This document shows, in pieces, positions 33,063-41,882 of a DNA stretch of 48,805 bases (position 1 is the stretch's first letter; each line of letters opens with the position of its first letter). The notes under the pieces were generated by a model. It made no database searches. It saw only the letters and a program-made list of their open reading frames with translations, and was not told the DNA's origin. Source of the DNA: an uncultured archaeon (GTDB lineage: Archaea; Aenigmatarchaeota; Aenigmatarchaeia; QMZP01); contig CAZIAB010000002.1 in assembly GCA_964537525.1 (NCBI GenBank), forward strand, positions 1-48,805. The letters run 5' to 3'. The position numbers were made by a program, and so were the translations under genes.

Positions 33063-34082
33063 CTACATCATCAGTTCTATGAACCGTTTCTTTAATGGTC
33101 CGAACCGGAGAAGTTCCAGCAACATTCCCTGACCCGCTGTTCCGGTTTCCCTGCTGAATTTTAACGCACTCAGAATAATCTCATGCTTCCTTTTTATCCC
33201 CAGAACCTTTCTAATTAAGACAGGGACATGCTCCTTGTCAATAATCATTCTTGCAACGTCCTCCCCGGACGCCATTGCAAAATATATACCTTCTCCTGTA
33301 AAACCGGATGTGAGGCCCGCCGCATCACCGACCAGGAACCTGTTGCCGAACCTGAATCCCCTGTATTCGTAGCTAACGGCCGCACCCTCAAAACTCGCTC
33401 CTGATATTTCATAACCTCTCTGCCTGCACCATATAGAAAGGTTTCTTTTCATTATCTTTAGGGGCATGAAACCGGTATGCCCGCCCGTGCCTATCGAAGT
33501 GGTTCCCCCGTGAGGTACAATCCATCCATACCACGGGCCGAATGTGTTGTAGTCGAGATGGAGCTCCAAATCCCGGTATTCCTCACCAACCCAGTACTGT
33601 ATCCCCATGCCAACATCCTGCTTCAGGCCGATGCTCCTCCTGACAGCAGATGAGCTGCCATCGGCTCCAACCAGGCAATCAAAACCAATCCTCTTCCCAT
33701 TGGTTACAACGTAACCCTTTCCAACCCCTGTTACTTCAGAGCCGAATTCTATGTTGGCTCCTGCCTTTCTCGCCTCCCTGTGCATCCATTCGCTCAGCCT
33801 CTTCCTGTTCAGCGTGGCCACGAACGGAGTCTTCATCCTGACCTCAACCCTTCTGTGGGCAGTGGAGAATAGAACCCTCCTGAAAGTCCTCTCAAAGATA
33901 TCATCAGGAAGACCCACATATTTAGTTTTTTCGGTCATGCCCCAGAGACCGGTACATATCTTATTATCAGGGCCGGGCTTTCCCTCCAGAAGTATGAAGT
34001 CCTCACCGTTCTCTGCTAGGATTTTAGCGCACCTCAGGCCCCCTGGCCCACCACCCACTATAACCGTTTTGTAATGCTCCAT
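33063..34082 (-). CDS. FAD-dependent oxidoreductase, geranylgeranyl-reductase family
   Basis: Dinucleotide motif VIVGGGPGGLRCA; DAAGL..(GEGI) near the C-terminus. Confidence 0.65.
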   Translation of the reverse strand: MEHYKTVIVGGGPGGLRCAKILAENGEDFILLEGKPGPDNKICTGLWGMTEKTKYVGLPDDIFERTFRRVLFSTAHRRVEVRMKTPFVATLNRKRLSEWMHREARKAGANIEFGSEVTGVGKGYVVTNGKRIGFDCLVGADGSSSAVRRSIGLKQDVGMGIQYWVGEEYRDLELHLDYNTFGPWYGWIVPHGGTTSIGTGGHTGFMPLKIMKRNLSIWCRQRGYEISGASFEGAAVSYEYRGFRFGNRFLVGDAAGLTSGFTGEGIYFAMASGEDVARMIIDKEHVPVLIRKVLGIKRKHEIILSALKFSRETGTAGQGMLLELLRFGPLKKRFIELMM

Positions 34083-34156
34083 AAAACAATCTTGTAAGAA
34101 GGATTTTAATGCCTAAGCTACTTCATGGCCTTCTCTGCAGAAACAATTAACGATAA

Positions 34157-34175
34157 CTTTAAATATCAATTGATA
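34157..34175 (+). promoter_or_regulatory. TATA-like box (ctttaaatat) overlapping a perfect 12-bp palindrome tatcaattgata, 15 nt upstream of the MNT start
   Basis: 34164-34175 is self-complementary; ATG at 34190. Confidence 0.5.
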
Positions 34176-34189
34176 CTAATAGTTATCAT

Positions 34190-34720
34190 ATGAAAAGAAA
34201 AGATATCAAATTGACCATCAAGGAATTTTTCTTTTTCAATCCAACGGTCAGGCTCAGGGTCAGGGAAATAGAGAGGAGGGCGGGCTGTCCCCTACCTTCG
34301 GTGATAAGGTACACGAAGGAACTGGAAAGCGAGGGTATACTCAAGAGCTCCACGCTCTCGGGCGTAAGGCTATATTCTGCTGACAGGGGCTCAGATAATT
34401 TCATCATGCAGAAGAGGCTGCATAACCTAGAATCGCTTCACGATTCAGGGATGGTAAGGCATCTAATAACAGAGCTCAGCAATCCAGTAATCGTCCTGTT
34501 CGGCTCTTACTCAAGGGGCGAGGATACGGAGAACAGCGATATTGACATTTACATTGAGTCAGCAAAAAAGCCGGAGCTGAAGGAGTTTGAAAAAAAGCTG
34601 AAAAGGAGAATCCAGTTGTTTATGCACAAAAACATCCATGAGATAGGCAACAAGGAGCTTGCAAATAACATAGTCAATGGGATAATCCTTAACGGGTTTA
34701 TTGAGGTGTTCACGGAATGA
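34190..34720 (+). CDS. Minimal nucleotidyltransferase (MNT) with N-terminal wHTH
   Basis: GSYSRGEDTENSDIDIYI (GS-x-n-D-x-D), with an N-terminal HTH-like region. Confidence 0.75.
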   Translation: MKRKDIKLTIKEFFFFNPTVRLRVREIERRAGCPLPSVIRYTKELESEGILKSSTLSGVRLYSADRGSDNFIMQKRLHNLESLHDSGMVRHLITELSNPVIVLFGSYSRGEDTENSDIDIYIESAKKPELKEFEKKLKRRIQLFMHKNIHEIGNKELANNIVNGIILNGFIEVFTE

Positions 34721-35136
34721 GGGAAGCTAGCTGGAATGAATGTCTGGAAACGGGCTCTTCCCTTAAAGTGACCACTGACAGGTTCAAGATTAATTCCCTA
34801 ATCGAAACAGCCAACGGAAGAATAGGCTATCTGAATTCAGGCAAGATAAATGAAGGTAATGCCAATTACGTCTTTGAGGGATACTATGCATCGATACTTG
34901 AGTTGCTGCATGCCGTTATTCTGAGGAGTGGCTACAGGGTCAGCAACCACATATGCGCCGGATATTATCTCAGGGACGCGCTGAAAAGGGACGACCTGTT
35001 CAGGGCTTTTGATGATTTGCGCTTCAAGAGAAATTCGCTTACATATTATGGCAGGAGGATGGACTTCCAGACAGCAATGGAATCCATAAGGAAATCGACT
35101 GGCCTTGTCCGTAAATTAAAGGAACTGCTTGAATGA
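34717..35136 (+). CDS. HEPN-domain protein (partner of the MNT)
   Basis: 139-aa helical protein overlapping the MNT stop (ATGA). The motif region is FKRNSLTYYG, with Arg present and no His in the canonical R-x4-6-H position. Confidence 0.6.
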   Translation: MREASWNECLETGSSLKVTTDRFKINSLIETANGRIGYLNSGKINEGNANYVFEGYYASILELLHAVILRSGYRVSNHICAGYYLRDALKRDDLFRAFDDLRFKRNSLTYYGRRMDFQTAMESIRKSTGLVRKLKELLE

Positions 35137-35150
35137 AGCCCTGCAGATGC

Positions 35151-36041
35151 CTATTTCAGCATCACGAGGATGGCCTTCTGGACATGCAGCCTGTTCTCTG
35201 CCTGGTCGAATATCACGGACTGGGGCCCGTCCATCACGTCATCTGTTATCTCATAACCCCTGTGCGCAGCAAGGCAGTGCATCACGATGGCCTCCTTCTT
35301 CGCGTTCCTGAGTAGGGTCTTGTTTACCTGGTAGGGCCTCAGTGCCCTGGTGAGGGAGGCGGCCTTGCTCTCCTGCCCCATAGAGACCCATGTATCCGTG
35401 TAAACCACATCCGACCCCTTCACGGCGTCCTTCGGGCTCCTGAAGACCAGCGTTGGAGACTCTCTCATTATGACTGGGTCCGGCCTGTATTTGTCAGGGC
35501 AGCCAATCATCATCTCCACCCCGAGCTTCCTGCAGCAGTGCATCAGGGAATGGGTTACGTTGTTCCTTGCATTCCCCACGTAAGAAAGCCTGACGCCCTT
35601 CAGGGAGCCGAGTTTGTCCTTCACCGTGTAGAGGTCCGTGAGCGCCTGGCAGGGGTGGAGGAGGTCTGTAAGGCCGTTTATCACAGGAACGGATGACTTG
35701 TCAGCAATCTCCAGGATGTTCCTGTGCAGGAAGAGCCTCGCCAGGATGAAATCGCAATATCGGGACATAACCCTTGCGGTGTCTCCTATGGTCTCTGACC
35801 TTCCGAGCTGGGTATCGTCCTTGCTCAGGTAAATGGCGCTGCCCCCGAGATGATTCATTGCAACGGTAAAGGATATCCTGGTCCTTGTGGAGGGCTTGGC
35901 GAATATCATCGCCATGACCTTGTTCTTCAGGAGGGGCCTGAAGGGGTCTTTCCTTAATTTGTCAGTAAGTCTGAACACTGATTCTATCTCCGAACGGCTC
36001 ATGTCAGCTATCGAAATCAGGTTCTTCATCTCAAGCACCAT
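35151..36041 (-). CDS. argF: Ornithine carbamoyltransferase-like
   Basis: STRTR, HPCQALTD, DTWVSMGQE, MHCLAAHRG (the usual HCLP has Ala in place of Pro). Confidence 0.75.
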   Translation of the reverse strand: MVLEMKNLISIADMSRSEIESVFRLTDKLRKDPFRPLLKNKVMAMIFAKPSTRTRISFTVAMNHLGGSAIYLSKDDTQLGRSETIGDTARVMSRYCDFILARLFLHRNILEIADKSSVPVINGLTDLLHPCQALTDLYTVKDKLGSLKGVRLSYVGNARNNVTHSLMHCCRKLGVEMMIGCPDKYRPDPVIMRESPTLVFRSPKDAVKGSDVVYTDTWVSMGQESKAASLTRALRPYQVNKTLLRNAKKEAIVMHCLAAHRGYEITDDVMDGPQSVIFDQAENRLHVQKAILVMLK

Positions 36042-36170
36042 ACACCACGTTCAATGTGGGGTTTGAGAGATGTGCCTTTACCAACGCTATGTTCAATTGC
36101 ATGGATACCTGCCACAAATGGCAGGGCACTTGATACCACTGATCCAAATGCCTATGGCGATGCCACGAAT

Positions 36171-36464
36171 CTAAAGGTCCAGCTTCACTCCGCCTACCTT
36201 CTGGGCAATTATGTTGTAGATGAATGCCGTTATAGCCCCCATCACGAATCCGATTATCGCGTACAATATCGGGAAGAATACTATTGCTGCAACTCCCATG
36301 TAAGCGGAGAGCATCCCCATGCCCGCCACTGTGTCAAACGCTGACACCATTCCTGCTCCGAGCGCAGCTATTATCCCCGCGATGAATCCGAAGATGGCCA
36401 ATATTACGGCAGAAACCGTTGCCATGGACATCACGTCTATTGCCTTCAATTCCCTGAATGCCAT
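36171..36464 (-). CDS. Small membrane protein (97 aa)
   Basis: Gly/Ala/Ile-rich TM helices. Confidence 0.45.
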   Translation of the reverse strand: MAFRELKAIDVMSMATVSAVILAIFGFIAGIIAALGAGMVSAFDTVAGMGMLSAYMGVAAIVFFPILYAIIGFVMGAITAFIYNIIAQKVGGVKLDL

Positions 36465-36491
36465 TTAATTACCTCCATTCTTAACATGATT

Positions 36492-37295
36492 TCAGGTTTT
36501 CTTCAGTCTTGATTTTGCCTTCCCTGTTATGCTGGTTCCCTCGAACCCCGGTTTTATCCACCTCATCCCGAAGTATCCTATAAGCCCTATGATGATTATT
36601 GGTATCTCCATAAGATAAATGGATAAAATATCCCCTGCGCCCAGGGTGTAGCTCAGCCACGGAAGAATCCCGTCGAGAAGCGTCTTGTAGAGTATAGACA
36701 GGGCGAGATATCCCATCTTCCTCGAGCGCACGGCCATGAACACCAGGACCGCCGCAAAGACGTGGGCAACCATGACGAACGCCCTCTCGAGCATGGGCGC
36801 GAATATCACTTCTGTCCCAAGCTCCAGCTGGGAGAGGACCTGCAACTGGTATTCCATGGGCAGGGAATTAAGGATTGATGGAAAGATAATCAGGACGAGG
36901 ATGCTCATGAAAGAGGACAGCCCCAGGAAGATTGCCTCTGCAGCGCCGAACCCGACGCCGAACGCGATGGCTTCCTTCCATCCAGCCCTCCTGAGCCCCG
37001 ACCTTATGATGAACAGGTAGCTCATCCCTGACTCGAGGAGCCCTGTCCTCAAGCCCACGTAAATACCGCTCACTACCAGGATAGCGAATATCCCATAGAG
37101 GGAAAAATAATCATAGAGCATGGGACTCAGGGTGTAATCCATCACGCCCTTTATGGCTATGGCCACCAGCCACACAATCCCTCCGTAGAAGAAGAAGTCC
37201 ATCTCCACTCCGGATTTCCTTTTCCACCAGACTACAGAGAGGATTCCGACGAGGAGCATACCTATGCCGCTTCCAAGCAGGAAGGGATTTACCAA
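36492..37295 (-). CDS. Polytopic membrane protein, possibly a YhfC/CPBP-like intramembrane protease
   Basis: Eight TM helices; GVGFGAAEAIFLG and PMLERAFVMVAHV resemble Glu/His motifs of these families. Weak call. Confidence 0.35.
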   Translation of the reverse strand: MVNPFLLGSGIGMLLVGILSVVWWKRKSGVEMDFFFYGGIVWLVAIAIKGVMDYTLSPMLYDYFSLYGIFAILVVSGIYVGLRTGLLESGMSYLFIIRSGLRRAGWKEAIAFGVGFGAAEAIFLGLSSFMSILVLIIFPSILNSLPMEYQLQVLSQLELGTEVIFAPMLERAFVMVAHVFAAVLVFMAVRSRKMGYLALSILYKTLLDGILPWLSYTLGAGDILSIYLMEIPIIIIGLIGYFGMRWIKPGFEGTSITGKAKSRLKKT

Positions 37296-37346
37296 AATAT
37301 CACCAATGAATTATTTAATGCTTTAAAATAAAAAGGCCTTTCCTGC

Positions 37347-37562
37347 TCAGTCAAAGAGGCCCTTCTTTCCCCTGAGTTCCCTGAGGCGCTCTATCACCAG
37401 GACCGTGAGGATGACCGCTATCCCGAGCAGGATTCCCACTATGCCTATCCTGACCAGCAGCGGGACGTTCTCCACGGTAAGGAAAGCCCAGAGGCTGTAT
37501 CCAATCAGGATGAGCATCCCGGCTATCACGAGAACCAGTCCTGAGAACTCAACCCTCCTCAT
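37347..37562 (-). CDS. Small two-TM membrane protein (71 aa)
   Basis: Hydrophobic ORF. Confidence 0.4.
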   Translation of the reverse strand: MRRVEFSGLVLVIAGMLILIGYSLWAFLTVENVPLLVRIGIVGILLGIAVILTVLVIERLRELRGKKGLFD

Positions 37563-37616
37563 CAGAGCACCTTAACAACATTTTCACATAAAGAAATAAA
37601 AATAGAGGGTGTTCTC

Positions 37617-38081
37617 TCAATTTATCTCCAGCCGCTCATCCAACGGAGGGTTCGAGAAATATGCCCTGACATCGAATCCAGAATCTGTAAGTTCTATCAT
37701 CTCAAAATTTTCACGCTTTATAAGTTTGAACCCTTTCTTTGGTAGATATTTTTTCTTGAACTCTACAAAGTTCCGGACAGTGAAATCCGCGTCACCCATC
37801 TCATGTCTCGTATCATCAGGGATACGGATTTTGAGAAGTTTCAGGACGCCGGCAACCGTTTCCAGCGGACTAATCTGGAAGAGCGGTCCCGTGGGAGTCT
37901 CTTTTATCACGTTCCCAATCATTCTCGCGGATTTGACCAGCTTATTGTATTCTTCATTGCTCTGGGAAAATATGCAGGCATAATTCACAGGAGAGCCGTC
38001 GTTACCGATGTGCTTGTTCTTGAGTTTGGTTGCCAGTTCGACGATGTATCCGACCTTTCTCCTCAGACCCTCTTCATCCAT
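37617..38081 (-). CDS. Hypothetical soluble protein (154 aa)
   Basis: Clean ORF with coding-like composition; no family recognised. Confidence 0.45.
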   Translation of the reverse strand: MDEEGLRRKVGYIVELATKLKNKHIGNDGSPVNYACIFSQSNEEYNKLVKSARMIGNVIKETPTGPLFQISPLETVAGVLKLLKIRIPDDTRHEMGDADFTVRNFVEFKKKYLPKKGFKLIKRENFEMIELTDSGFDVRAYFSNPPLDERLEIN

Positions 38082-38133
38082 GCTTTAAGTTATATTGTCA
38101 GATTCATATATACTATCCCGACCAATTATTAAT

Positions 38134-39057
38134 ATGCCAAAGGCCCGTTCCGGGAAGCGGAAGGAAACCATTGTCATTGCGCTCGGGGGGAACACGCTGC
38201 TCTCTGCAAAGGAGAAGTTCTCCATCCACGAGGAGGTGGAGAACGTGGAGGAGTCGTGCAGGGAGATAGCGGGGATAATAAAGGCCGGAAACAGGGTGGT
38301 TCTCACCCACGGTAACGGCCCCCAGGTTGGTGACATACTCCTCCAGCAGGAAGCCGCGAGGAAGGTTGCCCCACCCATGCCGCTGGACGTGTGCGGTGCC
38401 CAGAGCCAGGGGGAGATTGGCTACCTCCTCCAGAGGTCAATGAAGAACATAATCCCCGGGATAAGCGTCGTTTCCCTGGTCACGCAGACCATAGTTGACC
38501 CCAGGGACCCGGCATTCAGGAAACCGACCAAGTTCATAGGACCGTTCTACAAGGAGTCCGGCCCCGGCAGGAGGAAGGACTCTGACAGAGGATTCCGTCG
38601 TGTGGTTGCCTCACCCGACCCAAAGGAGATAGTGGAGCTGGAGGAAATCAAGACACTCACGGATTCCGGAACCCTCGTTATCGCGGCAGGAGGAGGAGGC
38701 GTTCCTGTAGTCATCAGGAGGAACCGCCTGGATGGCGTGGAGGCGGTCATTGACAAGGACCTGGCAGCGGAAAGGCTGGCAAGCTCGCTGCGGGCTTCCA
38801 CGCTCATGATGCTCACCGACGTGGACGAGGTGTGCCTTGATTACGCCACCCCCAAGGAGAAGGGGCTCAGGTCCCTGAGCATCAGGGAAGCGAAGAAATA
38901 CCTGAAGGAAGGACATTTTCCTCCCGGAAGCATGGGCCCCAAGATAGAGGCAGCCATCAGGTTCCTAACCCATGGGGGCAGGAGGGTGATAATCACCTCC
39001 CCTGAGAAGGCTATGAAGGCCCTCGAAGGAAAAGTGGGGACGACTGTAAGGAAATGA
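38134..39057 (+). CDS. arcC: Carbamate kinase
   Basis: IVIALGGNTLL, THGNGPQVG, VIAAGGGGVPV. ATG 38134 lies about 25 nt after catatatac. Confidence 0.85.
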   Translation: MPKARSGKRKETIVIALGGNTLLSAKEKFSIHEEVENVEESCREIAGIIKAGNRVVLTHGNGPQVGDILLQQEAARKVAPPMPLDVCGAQSQGEIGYLLQRSMKNIIPGISVVSLVTQTIVDPRDPAFRKPTKFIGPFYKESGPGRRKDSDRGFRRVVASPDPKEIVELEEIKTLTDSGTLVIAAGGGGVPVVIRRNRLDGVEAVIDKDLAAERLASSLRASTLMMLTDVDEVCLDYATPKEKGLRSLSIREAKKYLKEGHFPPGSMGPKIEAAIRFLTHGGRRVIITSPEKAMKALEGKVGTTVRK

Positions 39058-39624
39058 CTAAAGTCTGTCCAACTCTCTCGTAACATTTTCCCACTCGGCC
39101 TCTGTTTCCGAGAAGCCTTGGGATAACAATGAAATCATCGATTCGTATTCTTCCCTGCTGACAAATCCCTCCCTATTAAGGATGAAATATCCATATGGAA
39201 TAGAGAAGTTTCTCGTCCCTTTCCATATAATAAATGCTTCGGGATAAAGGGTCAGTGGCCCGCTCGAGGGCAGTGTTTCTCGGTTGGGGTTGCAGCAGTC
39301 TATGACCAGGCTCCCATCTATATCCTTCATAATATCTGTTACTTCTCCTGTTTCATCCTCACTTATCGTGTATTTCCATCCATCCTTAAGACTGGCATGT
39401 GCACAGAATACATTGATGGCATCTGACATATTCCCAATTACCTGCCCTAATACCTCTGGATAATTTTCTGAAAGTCCCCTCAGGAAACTGTAAGATCTCA
39501 AAAAAAGGTTGCTTGTTGCATACTTTTCGCCTATCATTCGATAGGAACCAACCGCTCTTACGGGATACTCTCCTATATCAAAATCTATCTGGTGAACGTC
39601 CCCTCTTTTCACGTCTATTTTCAT
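39058..39624 (-). CDS. Hypothetical protein (188 aa)
   Basis: Clean ORF abutting the arcC stop; no family recognised. Confidence 0.45.
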   Translation of the reverse strand: MKIDVKRGDVHQIDFDIGEYPVRAVGSYRMIGEKYATSNLFLRSYSFLRGLSENYPEVLGQVIGNMSDAINVFCAHASLKDGWKYTISEDETGEVTDIMKDIDGSLVIDCCNPNRETLPSSGPLTLYPEAFIIWKGTRNFSIPYGYFILNREGFVSREEYESMISLLSQGFSETEAEWENVTRELDRL

Positions 39625-39698
39625 AATAACAACAAATGTAACTATTAAATAGTGACTATATTATTTATAAATGATTCGTTCTTAGAGTTTTAAAGACC

Positions 39699-41822
39699 CT
39701 ACTTCCTGAAAAGGAAAACGAACCTTATGATGAGGATTAGTATGATTACTATGGCGATTATCGCTACCACGACGGTCTTCCAGGCAGGCCTCTCCAGTAT
39801 CTGCTGGCCCGTTATCCCGTCTCCGGTTGTTGCGTTCTCGCCTATAACTATCTCTACGAACTCGCTCTCGTTCCATCCTGACCCGTTCTCTTCCGGCTCT
39901 TCGGAGGGAACGAAGCCTGAGGGGACGTTCGCATTTATTGAAACCTCACTGCTGGAGTGGCTCGACTCGGCGTAGACCGTCACCGGGTAGGAGCCCTCTC
40001 CTGTCCCGTAAAGCGGTGAGAGGTAAAGATAGACAGTGTCCGACTTCCCAGGGGCCAGCGAAACCTCCTCCGGTTCCAAGTATGCCCATTCAGGCCCGTC
40101 GAAGCTTATCGTCCATGTGTCTTCCTGCTCTCCCGTGTTCTCTATCGTTATCTCGACTATGCTCACCTTGCCGACGTCAACGGAACCCTCGCCGTTGTGG
40201 AAGTTTAGCCCGTAGCAATCCTCAAGGGGAAGGACGTTTATCTCTGCAGAGCCTGAAAGGGAGAGTCCGTTCTCTGATTCAAGCTCCACCGTGAACATGT
40301 AAATACCCTCATCCATTTCAGGTACCGGATAGGTGTATTCTGCCTGGCCGGAATCGCCCGCATTGAGGGAGATTACGGTGCTCTCACCGTTGTAGCTGAG
40401 GGTGTAGACGTCTGCCATCTCACCCCTGTTCTCTACGGTCATGGTGTAAAGCACGTCTGAAAATGAGCACGTGTAAACGACCTCCGGGGTGACCAGGAGC
40501 TCTGCATCATAGCATTTGGTGACATGAATCCTCACGTCAGAACTGTCAGAGACCTGCCCGTCCGTTGCGGTTACCCGTATGGTCTGGACGTCCTCAATGC
40601 CCGATGTGTCAACCACGAGCTCTATGTCAGCAGATGCCCCTCCAGGAAGGGTTATGGCATTGCTCTCGAACTCACCCAGATCAACAGAGAGCTGGAATGT
40701 GTTCTCCATGGCACCGGTGTTCTTTATGGTAACCGTGAAAATTGCATCCTCTCCCCTGCAGACCTCGGTCTCCGAGGGGTATGCTATCACGGCAACGCCC
40801 TTGCAGTCATCTGAATTGACTGCCCCGGTAACGGTCCTGACAAACCCGTCGTCCGCGAGCGACCTCACCGTGACGCTGAAGGTAGAGACGCCGGTGACGT
40901 CCGGTGCTGCGAGTATCAACACCGTGCTGCTCTCACCGACCGGAACATTGAGCGTCTCCTGTCCGGAAACGACCCAGTCAGCGGAGGTCTCCACTGAGAA
41001 CGTGTCGTCTTCTGTTCCCGTGTTGGTGATTATGATATTGAACTCTGCATACTCCCCGAGGCATATGTCATCCTCTATGGGCTGAATCTCGACCTTTGCG
41101 TTGTAGCAGTCCTTGGGGTCCACCTTGAGGATGCATGAGTCCTGCGCGTACGAGTCCTTTGACCTTGCTGTCACAACAACCTCTGTGTATCCCGTTCCCT
41201 GCGGGGGGTTGAGGGACGCTGCTATTATCCTGCTCTCACCAGCGCCGAGCGTGACAACCGTTTCTGAGAACTCAATCCAGCCAACAGAAGCTGACAAGTC
41301 AAAGGTTTCCTGCCAGGTTCCCCTGTTCCTGAGCGTAAATTCATAGTTTGCCGGCTCACCGGTCTCTGAACAGGTCTTCCTGTAATCATCAATCACGTTA
41401 AGCTCCACGCCGTGGCAGTCCATGACCTCTATGGTTATGGTTTCTGATGCGCTCTTGTCTGACATCCCTGACTCCGCAGTTATGGTCGCGTAATACGTAC
41501 CTGGCTCGAGGTTGAAGGGAACGGTTATCCAGAATGGGTCAACCTTCTTGGATTCCCCTGAAGCGAGCATGACATAAGGCTTTATGAATCCCATGTCCTC
41601 TGGCCAGTCAAGGGTGAGCGTTACACCATCCGTCTCTGAACCGGTGTTGGTGACTATGACCTCTATCTCGCTCAGGACCCTGTCAGGGCACGTGGATATG
41701 TAATTAGAAGGGTGCTGGAGGGTGTTTACAGAGAGACCGACACCGTTTGATGCAGATACTGATGGAATCAGAACGACTGAAAGAATGAGCATCACTACCC
41801 AAAGCTTTTTATCCATGTTCAT
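39699..41822 (-). CDS. Surface protein with six CARDB/S-layer-type beta-sandwich repeats and a C-terminal TM anchor
   Basis: Signal peptide. Six occurrences of a Cys followed by x-(V/I)-x-N-(T/R)-G-x3-D-x-(F/Y/W) (VTNTGSETDGV, LRNRGTWQETF, ITNTGTEDDTF, IKNTGAMENTF, VENRGEMADVY, IENTGEQEDTW). C-terminal helix VVVAIIAIVIILILII followed by RK. Start is 41822, 41816 or 41852. Confidence 0.75.
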   Translation of the reverse strand: MNMDKKLWVVMLILSVVLIPSVSASNGVGLSVNTLQHPSNYISTCPDRVLSEIEVIVTNTGSETDGVTLTLDWPEDMGFIKPYVMLASGESKKVDPFWITVPFNLEPGTYYATITAESGMSDKSASETITIEVMDCHGVELNVIDDYRKTCSETGEPANYEFTLRNRGTWQETFDLSASVGWIEFSETVVTLGAGESRIIAASLNPPQGTGYTEVVVTARSKDSYAQDSCILKVDPKDCYNAKVEIQPIEDDICLGEYAEFNIIITNTGTEDDTFSVETSADWVVSGQETLNVPVGESSTVLILAAPDVTGVSTFSVTVRSLADDGFVRTVTGAVNSDDCKGVAVIAYPSETEVCRGEDAIFTVTIKNTGAMENTFQLSVDLGEFESNAITLPGGASADIELVVDTSGIEDVQTIRVTATDGQVSDSSDVRIHVTKCYDAELLVTPEVVYTCSFSDVLYTMTVENRGEMADVYTLSYNGESTVISLNAGDSGQAEYTYPVPEMDEGIYMFTVELESENGLSLSGSAEINVLPLEDCYGLNFHNGEGSVDVGKVSIVEITIENTGEQEDTWTISFDGPEWAYLEPEEVSLAPGKSDTVYLYLSPLYGTGEGSYPVTVYAESSHSSSEVSINANVPSGFVPSEEPEENGSGWNESEFVEIVIGENATTGDGITGQQILERPAWKTVVVAIIAIVIILILIIRFVFLFRK

Positions 41823-41882
41823 ATATTTCACTGTTAATTTTTTTAAACACATAGGAGAAAAGCATTTAAGCGTTTCTTTGGC

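Noticed and set aside
36054-36344. 96-aa plus-strand ORF upstream of argF
   Set aside because: It mostly overlaps the minus-strand small membrane gene 36171..36464 and has no motifs. A 7-bp hairpin cctgcca-caaa-tggcagg (about 36108-36125) in this gap was noted but is a single short stem with no T-run.
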